Positions 56,746 through 64,000 of a DNA stretch of 64,000 bases are shown here, one piece after another. Both the position numbers and the translations under genes were made by a program. The stretch is taken from the sequence record PQ471515.1; one strand, 5' to 3'. Each line of letters begins with the position of its first letter. Within the stretch, counting starts at the first letter, position 1. The notes below the pieces were generated by a model. That model was not told the DNA's origin and searched no databases. It worked only from the letters and a program-made list of their open reading frames with translations.

Positions 56746-57672
56746 TTGAAAAAAGCGAAAAAAGCACTGAAAACTAAAATTGCCGTAGGCGTATTAGTTT
56801 CATCAGCCCTATTCGCTGCGATTGGATTTTATGGTTTTTCTCAAAGTGATCGTGCATCATCATTAGACGAAAGTCAGGTGCATAATTTAAAACCACAAGT
56901 TACGCAAATTCAAAAGCAGGAACTACCACAGGTGTCAGTACCAAAAGCAGTTCCAAGCAGCGAGAAACATTATACGGTTCAACCTGGTGATAGTTATTAT
57001 TCTATTGCACAGAAATTTAAACCTAAAAATGTACAGATTGAAGATTATGTCATTTTGTTGAAGAACATCAACTTAAATGCAACTCTTCATACTTCTCAGG
57101 GTATCTTTATCCCAACAAAAGAGGATTTGAAGAACGTATTGTTACCAGATGTGACTGTACTGTTTGATTATAAAGATCCAGAAATTGTCAATCACATCAA
57201 AGAAGCTGAAGGTTCTATTGAATTTCAGTCCAAGAACAAACGACGTTTACTTGGTGGGAAAGTTGGAGTTCCTTTCCACAATTCTAAATTTCATCCCTAT
57301 AAGGACATGAAAGGTAATTATACAATTGGTTATGGGCATTATTTGGGTAAGAAAGATTCTGATGCAATGAAGTACAGAAACGGGATTACCAAAGCACAGG
57401 CCAACAAACTTTTAATGCAAGATATGAAAAGGACTTACGAGGACTTTACACTATTGATGCAGAAGAAAGATGCAGTTAATCTGACAAAAGAACAGCAGCG
57501 TATCCTGTTTGAAATGTCATACACAATGGGCGTTGATAAATTGGCAACATTTGACAAACTTTGGAAAAGTGTTAAAATGGATAACCCTAAGAAGTTCAAG
57601 AAAGAAATCATGAATTCCTTGTGGTATCGCCAAGTTACAAACAGAGCGGATTTGCTGTTAAGCTCACTCTAA
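56746..57672 (+). CDS. TM-anchored LysM + lysozyme-family (GH24-like) peptidoglycan hydrolase
   Basis: N-terminal TM; YTVQPGDSYYSIAQKF (LysM); IKEAEG...YKDMKGNYTIGYGH; TTG start after AAGGAGG. Confidence 0.85.
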   Translation: MKKAKKALKTKIAVGVLVSSALFAAIGFYGFSQSDRASSLDESQVHNLKPQVTQIQKQELPQVSVPKAVPSSEKHYTVQPGDSYYSIAQKFKPKNVQIEDYVILLKNINLNATLHTSQGIFIPTKEDLKNVLLPDVTVLFDYKDPEIVNHIKEAEGSIEFQSKNKRRLLGGKVGVPFHNSKFHPYKDMKGNYTIGYGHYLGKKDSDAMKYRNGITKAQANKLLMQDMKRTYEDFTLLMQKKDAVNLTKEQQRILFEMSYTMGVDKLATFDKLWKSVKMDNPKKFKKEIMNSLWYRQVTNRADLLLSSL

Positions 57673-57687
57673 AAAGGTAGGTAAATT

Positions 57688-58020
57688 ATGCTAGATTTAG
57701 TTATTCAAGGTAATGTTGATATTACTCCAGCAATCAATGACGCGATTCATGCAGAAGCAAATGTACTAACGAAATTTAGTGATTCTTCAGTACTGTATAT
57801 CGGTGTTCATGTGAAGAAAGAGCATAAGAATCAATATTCCGTAACTTTAACATCAGGTGGTAAGATTGTCACCGCCGATGATGCAGATTTATATAAAGCA
57901 ATTGGTGATTCATTTGAAAAAATGGAAACTGTCTTAGGTAAAGACAAAAGCATTAAATTGCATCGCCGTAACCACCCCGAACATCCAGTTCAAGAAGACT
58001 TGACTGAAGACGAAGAGTAA
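57688..58020 (+). CDS. Ribosome hibernation factor HPF/RaiA (S30AE)-like protein
   Basis: IQGNVDITPAINDAI...ADDADLYKAIGDSFEKMETVL matches the HPF pattern. Confidence 0.7.
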   Translation: MLDLVIQGNVDITPAINDAIHAEANVLTKFSDSSVLYIGVHVKKEHKNQYSVTLTSGGKIVTADDADLYKAIGDSFEKMETVLGKDKSIKLHRRNHPEHPVQEDLTEDEE

Positions 58021-58029
58021 GATATAATA

Positions 58030-58059
58030 AAGGGACAGAGATTATTCTGTCCCTTTTCT
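58030..58059 (+). terminator. Rho-independent terminator
   Basis: AAGGGACAGA/TCTGTCCCTT followed by a T tract. Confidence 0.85.
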
Positions 58060-58074
58060 TATGGAGTTTTAATT

Positions 58075-58455
58075 ATGAATTATTCCTGGATGGGAATTGT
58101 AAAATCTTTAATATCAACACATGATATGGACTTACCTGAACACCTAGTTATTAATAGATGGTACTATCCATATCCAGATAACCGTTGTGTTGGGATTGGA
58201 TTTTTTATTAATCAAAAATCTCAATTTGTCGGATTAATTGAAGATGATACAAAATACAACCTTGTGTTGAATGCTGATCACATAAAATACTACACCCATA
58301 AAATTGACGAAGACTATGATGTTATAATCCCAGTAGAGATAGACGAAGCATCATTTTTCCAGTTATCATTAATTCATGATGTATCTGATATTACTTATGA
58401 TAATGTTAAAGACCTTTTTATATTGTACAATAAAATGTATAATTACTTTATATGA
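58075..58455 (+). CDS. Hypothetical protein with the DE-x-FFQ C-terminal motif
   Basis: IDEASFFQLSLIHD. Confidence 0.7.
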   Translation: MNYSWMGIVKSLISTHDMDLPEHLVINRWYYPYPDNRCVGIGFFINQKSQFVGLIEDDTKYNLVLNADHIKYYTHKIDEDYDVIIPVEIDEASFFQLSLIHDVSDITYDNVKDLFILYNKMYNYFI

Positions 58456-58839
58456 TTGAGGTGTAAGTTGAGAAATACATTAATTAAAGTTAATTTATCA
58501 CATTTCGACCCATATCAGAAATATGAAGAAAGTCGAAGATATAATATTAATGAAGATTTCACAATATATTTCAATAGAACATATAGCATAATCATCATTA
58601 CTATTTGTAATCATATAAAAATTTGTATAACAAAAGACACAATAACTTTACACATCCAAGACAAAGAAACTGATATTCCAACAGATTTGGATGAAGATGG
58701 ATATGCTCAAGACGAATTCTTGAGAGATCACTTGTTGATTGAGTACAGCACTTATGCATTGATTAATTTCTACAAAGTAAATTACATTAAGTGGTTGTCT
58801 GGTGAATGTGATGATGGTATAATAGAGTATAATATATAA
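58456..58839 (+). CDS. Hypothetical protein, related C-terminal motif
   Basis: LDEDGYAQDEFLRD. Confidence 0.65.
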   Translation: MRCKLRNTLIKVNLSHFDPYQKYEESRRYNINEDFTIYFNRTYSIIIITICNHIKICITKDTITLHIQDKETDIPTDLDEDGYAQDEFLRDHLLIEYSTYALINFYKVNYIKWLSGECDDGIIEYNI

Positions 58840-58964
58840 TGAATACAATTATACTTGAAGAAGATTTGGGTGTTTATGAACAAGAAACCGACGTGAACAA
58901 AGAACCAGAATACAAGCCTAATGGCTTCTTGGAGCGTCTCTTTGATTGGCTGATGGGGGAGTGA
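58839..58964 (+). CDS. 41-aa acidic/amphipathic microprotein, copy 1 (not in ORF track)
   Basis: MNTIILEEDLGVYEQETDVNKEPEYKPNGFLERLFDWLMGE; paralog at 59974. Confidence 0.7.
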   Translation: MNTIILEEDLGVYEQETDVNKEPEYKPNGFLERLFDWLMGE

Positions 58965-59149
58965 TGGAATATACAATATGTGCTATTATTTGTATCTTAG
59001 CTTTAATCTGTGGCGTTGGTGTGATGATTTATTGTGATGCAGAACCCAGTACTGAAGTAGGAACAACAATAACACTTAAACCTGGTGTTAAAATTAATGA
59101 TACCTATTGCTACAATCCAAACACAAACCGCTATGAGATTTGTTTATGA
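58964..59149 (+). CDS. Small membrane-anchored protein
   Basis: TGATG overlap; N-terminal TM. Confidence 0.6.
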   Translation: MEYTICAIICILALICGVGVMIYCDAEPSTEVGTTITLKPGVKINDTYCYNPNTNRYEICL

Positions 59150-59553
59150 GAACATTCAACATTGATTATATAATTGATTCGATTGCAGAACATATGAAAA
59201 ACATAAGTAAAAACGAGCCTGGTTTTTACTTCAACTTAGATAAACTCCATCGCAATACCAATGTATCTAGTTTTAATCGTGCTAAGAAACTTTACATCCG
59301 TATACATAACCTTTGGTACAGTGACGATACGTTGATGATAGATATCACTGTTGATGAAGAAATAACATTAAGATATATTGACGATTTTAAATCAGATGAT
59401 ATTCGTTCTGGCTCATTACCAATTGATGCTTCATATGAAGAGTATCTACAATATCAGTTCATTGATGACACATTTGGATTTGACTTTGAACTATATAATA
59501 GTATAATGAACGTATATCATGTATATGAGGATTACATTGGTGGACGCAAGTAA
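59146..59553 (+). CDS. Hypothetical protein (QY-x-FIDDTF paralog 1)
   Basis: EEYLQYQFIDDTFGFDF. Confidence 0.7.
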   Translation: MRTFNIDYIIDSIAEHMKNISKNEPGFYFNLDKLHRNTNVSSFNRAKKLYIRIHNLWYSDDTLMIDITVDEEITLRYIDDFKSDDIRSGSLPIDASYEEYLQYQFIDDTFGFDFELYNSIMNVYHVYEDYIGGRK

Positions 59554-59962
59554 AATTCCAAAATTTAATGAAACGTTAAAGTACTTTGCTGAACATGAAA
59601 TCAGTACTGAAAGACGTGGTTTAATTTCATACAATCATCATCGTGTTATGTACACTAATAATTTCCAGGGTACAGTTCGTATTAAATTTCGTAATGCACT
59701 CGATGACAATGATGAATTGTTAATTTTACTACGAAAAAGTAAGATTGAATTGACATACGCAACTCACCATATTGAAAGTGAGTTGATGTGGCACACCCTA
59801 TCAAAAAAAGAAGGGACATTACCAGTTGTTGATAATGGACCAGAAACACTTCTTCAGTACATGTTCATTGATGATACATTTAGTATTGACTATCCATCAT
59901 TTCAGTGTATACTAGATATACATGCAAAATATTACGACCGTCTACGTGATAGATTAATTTAA
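59519..59962 (+). CDS. Hypothetical protein (QY-x-FIDDTF paralog 2); true start probably ~59537-59540
   Basis: ETLLQYMFIDDTFSIDY. Confidence 0.7.
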   Translation: MYMRITLVDASKIPKFNETLKYFAEHEISTERRGLISYNHHRVMYTNNFQGTVRIKFRNALDDNDELLILLRKSKIELTYATHHIESELMWHTLSKKEGTLPVVDNGPETLLQYMFIDDTFSIDYPSFQCILDIHAKYYDRLRDRLI

Positions 59963-59973
59963 TTGGAGGCATT

Positions 59974-60096
59974 GTGATTACAGTATTAGAAGAAGATTGG
60001 GGTGTTTCCGAGCAAGGAACAGATGAATATGAATATCCAGAATATCAGCCAAAAGGCTTCTGGGAACGTCTACGTGATTGGTTGATGGGGGAATGA
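59974..60096 (+). CDS. 40-aa microprotein, copy 2 (not in ORF track)
   Basis: GGAGG plus GTG start; MITVLEEDWGVSEQGTDEYEYPEYQPKGFWERLRDWLMGE. Confidence 0.7.
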   Translation: MITVLEEDWGVSEQGTDEYEYPEYQPKGFWERLRDWLMGE

Positions 60097-60097
60097 T

Positions 60098-61213
60098 ATG
60101 AAAAAGTATTTGGTTGGTGGCTACGTTCGTGACCGTTTAATGGGCATCCGTGCAAAAGACAAAGATTATGTTATTGTCGGTGCTACCGAATCCGATATTA
60201 AATACTTGCAAAGTATTGGATACAAGCAAGTAGGTAAGGATTTCCCTGTATATCTAAGTCCAGAAGGTAATGAACACGCATTAGCCCGTACTGAGCGTAA
60301 AACTGGTACTGGATATGGTGGCTTCGAAGTGAATACAAAAGGTGTGACACTAGAACAAGATCTATATCGTCGTGATCTCACAATCAATAGTATTGCATAT
60401 GATCCAGTACTCCAGATTCACATCGACCCTTATGGCGGGAAAGCTGATATCAAGAACAAAGTACTTCGTCATGTATCAGAACACTTTAAAGAAGATCCAT
60501 TGCGTGTTCTACGTTTGGCCCGTTTCGCTACGCGTTACTCCGACTTTACAATCCATGATGATACTATGACAATGTGTAAAGATATGGTTAGTACTGGTGA
60601 ACTAGACCATCTAGTTCCAGATCGTGTTTTTGTTGAATTCGAAAAAGCACTTTCTGAAGAAAACCCTTCCAAGTTTATCAAAACTCTGGTACAATTTGGT
60701 TATTACGAAAAGGCATTTACTACAGTTCCAGTTACCAAGAAACGTCTGGAATTAATTGATTCTATCGCTGCAAATTGTACAGAAGAATATAAACCATATT
60801 TCTTATGGACAGTACTTCTTGAAAATGAAGAAGTAAATAATGATTCAGTACTTAACGGTTCCATTAAGGTTCCAGTTAAGTACGTGAAGTTTAGTAATTA
60901 CATCAAGCGTTTCCGTGAAGATATTAAAACCTTCCGTAAGAAGACCCCAGTTGAAATGGGGCAAATCTTACTGGATATGAATATCAAAAACAATGGTGGT
61001 GAAGATTTCCTTTACAAAGTACTGGAAAACTTCATTTTGAACAAAGAAATTGATTCTGAACTTGAAGATTTGATTATTAAAGTTTATGATCGTTATACTG
61101 ATGTTGAATTACCTGATATTCAGCAGTTAGTGAAAGATGGTGAACTCCAAACATCGGAGATTCGTGATTTTGTTGCTGAATTGCGTATTGAAGCAATCAA
61201 GCAAATGTTCTAA
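60098..61213 (+). CDS. cca: tRNA nucleotidyltransferase (CCA-adding enzyme, class II)
   Basis: YLVGGYVRD, DKDYV, EHALARTERK, DLYRRDLTINSIA and EDPLRVLRLARF. Confidence 0.93.
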   Translation: MKKYLVGGYVRDRLMGIRAKDKDYVIVGATESDIKYLQSIGYKQVGKDFPVYLSPEGNEHALARTERKTGTGYGGFEVNTKGVTLEQDLYRRDLTINSIAYDPVLQIHIDPYGGKADIKNKVLRHVSEHFKEDPLRVLRLARFATRYSDFTIHDDTMTMCKDMVSTGELDHLVPDRVFVEFEKALSEENPSKFIKTLVQFGYYEKAFTTVPVTKKRLELIDSIAANCTEEYKPYFLWTVLLENEEVNNDSVLNGSIKVPVKYVKFSNYIKRFREDIKTFRKKTPVEMGQILLDMNIKNNGGEDFLYKVLENFILNKEIDSELEDLIIKVYDRYTDVELPDIQQLVKDGELQTSEIRDFVAELRIEAIKQMF

Positions 61214-61288
61214 AAGCTGGGACAAGTTAACATCTTCTGATATAATTACTAGTATCTGAACATCACTTGATGATAAAGAGATAAGATT

Positions 61289-61733
61289 ATGCGTTATAGC
61301 TGTGGTATAATATTTTATCGTGATGGTCAGATACTTATCGGGCATACAACACGGACAGAATCACTGGGACTTACCTAAAGGTAAAACTGAAGGTACAGAA
61401 ACATTTAAAGAGGCTGCTGTACGTGAATGCTACGAAGAGACAGGATATGAAATCGATGAAGATGATCTTCTGTTTCTTGGTGATGTATCGTATAGAAAGG
61501 GGAAACGTTTAGTTTTATTTTTCTATACAGCCAAAGATAAGCCTATACCAGAAGAGTTGGTGTGTAAAAGTACTTACACAAACAGATATGGTAGAAGTCA
61601 CCCAGAATTGGATAAGTTCATGTACATTGATGTACTAGATTGTCAAAAGTATTTGACTGAACGAATGTGTAACAGTATAATAAAGGCTGTTACGATGTTT
61701 CAACGAAATAAAGGGAAAAGAAATGAAAGTTAA
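61289..61733 (+). pseudogene. nudE: NudE-like Nudix hydrolase interrupted by a single-base frameshift near 61352
   Basis: Frame 1 from ATG 61289 reads MRYSCGIIFYRDGQILIGHTT and stops at 61376-78; the +1 frame continues GQNHWDLPKG...AAVRECYEETG. Confidence 0.7.
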
Positions 61734-61971
61734 AATTTATGGTCGCACTACTGGTTGTAAATTCTGCGACACTGCTAAAGCAGTATGTGAAAATAACAAA
61801 TTTGATATGGAGTTTATCGATATTGTTACCGCTGGTATTGATGGTGCTAAACTATCTGAACTATGTGGTGAGCCAGTACGACAGGTTCCACAAATTTTCG
61901 TAAACGATGTTTACGTTCCAGGTGGCTGTACTGGTTTCGTTGAAGGTCTTAAAGAAGGTCGCTGGAATTAA
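61723..61971 (+). CDS. Glutaredoxin (NrdC/NrdH-like)
   Basis: CKFC active site; VPQIF..D.YVPGG. Confidence 0.88.
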   Translation: MKVKIYGRTTGCKFCDTAKAVCENNKFDMEFIDIVTAGIDGAKLSELCGEPVRQVPQIFVNDVYVPGGCTGFVEGLKEGRWN

Positions 61972-62213
61972 TGAATATTGATAAAGTATCATCTCGTGCA
62001 AAACATTTAGCTGACACATTGGGTGTTGAATTTAAAATGCCTGATATGGAAGCTGCAAAAGTTAAAGCACAACGTAAAATTCACAAAATGAAAGAATACA
62101 CTACTAAGAAAGAACAGTACGATAAAGCGGTTGCTTATATTATTGAAGCTTTCAGTAAAGATGATATTTTGGCATTCATCGCTTCAGTAGAGGTTTCGAG
62201 CAACCCTAAATAA
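61971..62213 (+). CDS. Small hypothetical protein
   Basis: TAATG overlap with the upstream gene. Confidence 0.7.
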   Translation: MNIDKVSSRAKHLADTLGVEFKMPDMEAAKVKAQRKIHKMKEYTTKKEQYDKAVAYIIEAFSKDDILAFIASVEVSSNPK

Positions 62214-62258
62214 TAATGAAGAACACAAGTTCTTCGTAACAATTTGGGAGATACTATT

Positions 62259-62501
62259 ATGCTCAGTTTTCGTGAACAATTAGCAAAAGGCCAATTCGCT
62301 GCTAAAGCTCAAACATCCATTCCTAAAAAGTCTGCTTTCTTAGGGACGATTACAGAAGATGGTTATTGTGATTATGATGCACCAGAAGATTCATGGTACA
62401 TTACGAAAGACACAAAACGTGGTAATAGACTTCACAAAAGTACCATTGCTCGCAAACAACGAAAAGAATTGAAAAAAATTCGATTCGGTGAAGAAGAATA
62501 A
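62259..62501 (+). CDS. Small basic hypothetical protein
   Basis: GGAG before ATG 62259. Confidence 0.7.
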   Translation: MLSFREQLAKGQFAAKAQTSIPKKSAFLGTITEDGYCDYDAPEDSWYITKDTKRGNRLHKSTIARKQRKELKKIRFGEEE

Positions 62502-62511
62502 AATATAAATT

Positions 62512-62541
62512 AAGGACTCTGATTACAGAGTCCTTTCTTTT
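62512..62541 (+). terminator. Rho-independent terminator
   Basis: AAGGACTCTG/CAGAGTCCTT followed by a T tract. Confidence 0.85.
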
Positions 62542-62552
62542 CGGAGAATATA

Positions 62553-63032
62553 ATGATACATGAACATTGTGGTAATCTGTTTGATTTATTCAGTACTGTT
62601 ACTACTGATCAAACTGCATTACATATTATCGCTCATGGTTGTAACGCTCAGGGTAAGATGGGTTCTGGTTTTGCAAAAGAATTAAGAAAGCGTCACCAAT
62701 TGGCATATGATGTGTATCATACACGTTATACCAATCAGAATGGTTTGAAATTGGGTGAAGTTGTCTATGCAGCACCAAATAATAACTTAATTATTGCAAA
62801 CTGCATTACACAAGAGTATTATGGTAATGATGGTAAGAAGTATGTAAGTTATGATGCGATTGACCTTGCATTTAACTCGATGAATGAATTCATTAAAAAT
62901 GAACCACAAGAGATCCATGTACACTTCCCGAAAATTGGAGCCGATTTAGGCGGTGGTAACTGGAACGTTATCAAAGAAATCATTGACCACAGACTGGTTA
63001 ATGCAGAAAAACACTTATACATTCTAAAATAA
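62553..63032 (+). CDS. Macro-domain (ADP-ribose-processing) protein, T4 Tk.4-like
   Basis: IAHGCNAQGKMGSGFA and FPKIGADLGGGNW. Confidence 0.88.
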   Translation: MIHEHCGNLFDLFSTVTTDQTALHIIAHGCNAQGKMGSGFAKELRKRHQLAYDVYHTRYTNQNGLKLGEVVYAAPNNNLIIANCITQEYYGNDGKKYVSYDAIDLAFNSMNEFIKNEPQEIHVHFPKIGADLGGGNWNVIKEIIDHRLVNAEKHLYILK

Positions 63033-63051
63033 ACAAAAGGACTTGACAAAA

Positions 63052-63360
63052 ATGACTATGACCGTTAAACTACTAAACATCAACAGCGTTGGCCCAGTAC
63101 TAGCAATTCTACAAAATGATGCACCAGAAGCAGTAGTAGTTAACTACCCAGCACAGCTAGGTACTGACGAACAAGGTGAAATCATTCTACGTGATTACCT
63201 AGAATTCATTAGTTCTGAAAAAGGCGTTATTTTTTATAAATCCAACATCATTAGCATCAGCGATGCAAACCCTGCACTAGTTGAAGCTTATGTTGAAGCA
63301 ATCAAGGCTATCGAAGAAAAACCAGCACTGATTGTTCCTGATAACAAAATCATTCTATAA
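63052..63360 (+). CDS. Hypothetical protein
   Basis: AAGGA upstream; high-expression-type codons. Confidence 0.7.
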   Translation: MTMTVKLLNINSVGPVLAILQNDAPEAVVVNYPAQLGTDEQGEIILRDYLEFISSEKGVIFYKSNIISISDANPALVEAYVEAIKAIEEKPALIVPDNKIIL

Positions 63361-63372
63361 TAGAGGTATCTA

Positions 63373-63750
63373 ATGGCTGCTCAAAACGTTAAAGTTAAAA
63401 CTATCCAAGCTATCGTAGTACTGAAAGATTCTACTCCATCACCAAAAGAACTGGTCATGGCTGGTATGACAATGCTACATCAGTACAATCCAGAATCACC
63501 TAACTATGTACTGGAATACGAAGCGAAGCAGTTTAAAGAACATTGGCAGTCATGGATTAAAGATAATGAAATGGAACAGGTTGTTTATGCTGCTGATGAC
63601 ATTTTCGAATTAGAAAAAATCGAATATCTAGCAGGACAACAATCTGTACCATTGAGTATCTTCGGTAATGGAGAAGAAGTTTTAGTACTGGGACCATTTA
63701 CCGCTGATGCCATCATGCATTTACTAAGTAATTGTAAAAAAGTTGGCTAA
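63373..63750 (+). CDS. Degenerate PTH2-fold protein
   Basis: QAIVVLKD...WQSW...QVVYAA...VLVLGPFTADAIMHLL follows the PTH2 secondary-structure pattern. Confidence 0.5.
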   Translation: MAAQNVKVKTIQAIVVLKDSTPSPKELVMAGMTMLHQYNPESPNYVLEYEAKQFKEHWQSWIKDNEMEQVVYAADDIFELEKIEYLAGQQSVPLSIFGNGEEVLVLGPFTADAIMHLLSNCKKVG

Positions 63751-63961
63751 AAAACAAATATTATCAGGTTACCGTAATAACACGTTGCACTACAATGACT
63801 TAAAGTACTGGGTTGACCCACACAACAATAAGTCATTGTTGCTGTACAGAGATAAATTTCGAGATTTGTACGGTATATATGACACACAGTTAATATACTT
63901 AGTTGATACCGAACATTTTGCTCCTATGGTATACTTGTATTGCTTGTATAATTCCAAATAA
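63743..63961 (+). CDS. Small hypothetical protein
   Basis: TTG start overlapping the upstream gene. Confidence 0.5.
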   Translation: MAKKQILSGYRNNTLHYNDLKYWVDPHNNKSLLLYRDKFRDLYGIYDTQLIYLVDTEHFAPMVYLYCLYNSK

Positions 63962-64000
63962 CTATTAGCACCTCTAAATAATGTATATAAACATTAATGA

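Noticed and set aside
1074-63049. All minus-strand ORFs in the track
   Set aside because: They are shadows of longer + strand genes that carry recognisable motifs or SD sites, and none has its own motif.
1-64000. CRISPR array, tRNA genes, integrase, transposase or alternative genetic code
   Set aside because: I found no regularly spaced direct repeats, cloverleaf with T-loop and CCA, or recombinase motifs. Known enzymes translate full-length with the standard code.

Overview
About 64 kb of an AT-rich (my estimate ~33% GC) lytic bacteriophage genome, densely packed, with essentially every credible gene on the + strand. The gene content suggests a large or jumbo myophage of facultatively anaerobic Gammaproteobacteria, resembling the RaK2/GAP32-like group (inference, no database search run). 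It includes RNA ligase 1, polynucleotide kinase/phosphatase, ATP-dependent DNA ligase, ClpP, PhoH, NrdD/NrdG, thymidine kinase, dCMP deaminase, Sir2, Nudix and macro domains, CCA-adding enzyme, HPF, Dps, spanins, a LysM-lysozyme and three paralogous tail-fibre-like proteins. Several arrays of small paralogous ORFs lie between these genes. The most striking unexplained signals are: (1) two paralogous >=410-470 nt non-coding elements (1-412 and ~49838-50310) that share conserved blocks and a hairpin architecture with compensatory changes, i.e. a candidate large structured RNA family; (2) roughly 8-10-fold enrichment of the palindrome AGTACT throughout the window; (3) a perfect FNR box at the canonical -41.5 position of the nrdD-nrdG promoter; (4) an acyl-carrier-protein-like domain with Trp in place of the essential Ser; (5) a fixed-spacing GACA-N13-TGA-TATAAT promoter family. 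I found no tRNA, rRNA, CRISPR array, integrase or transposase.
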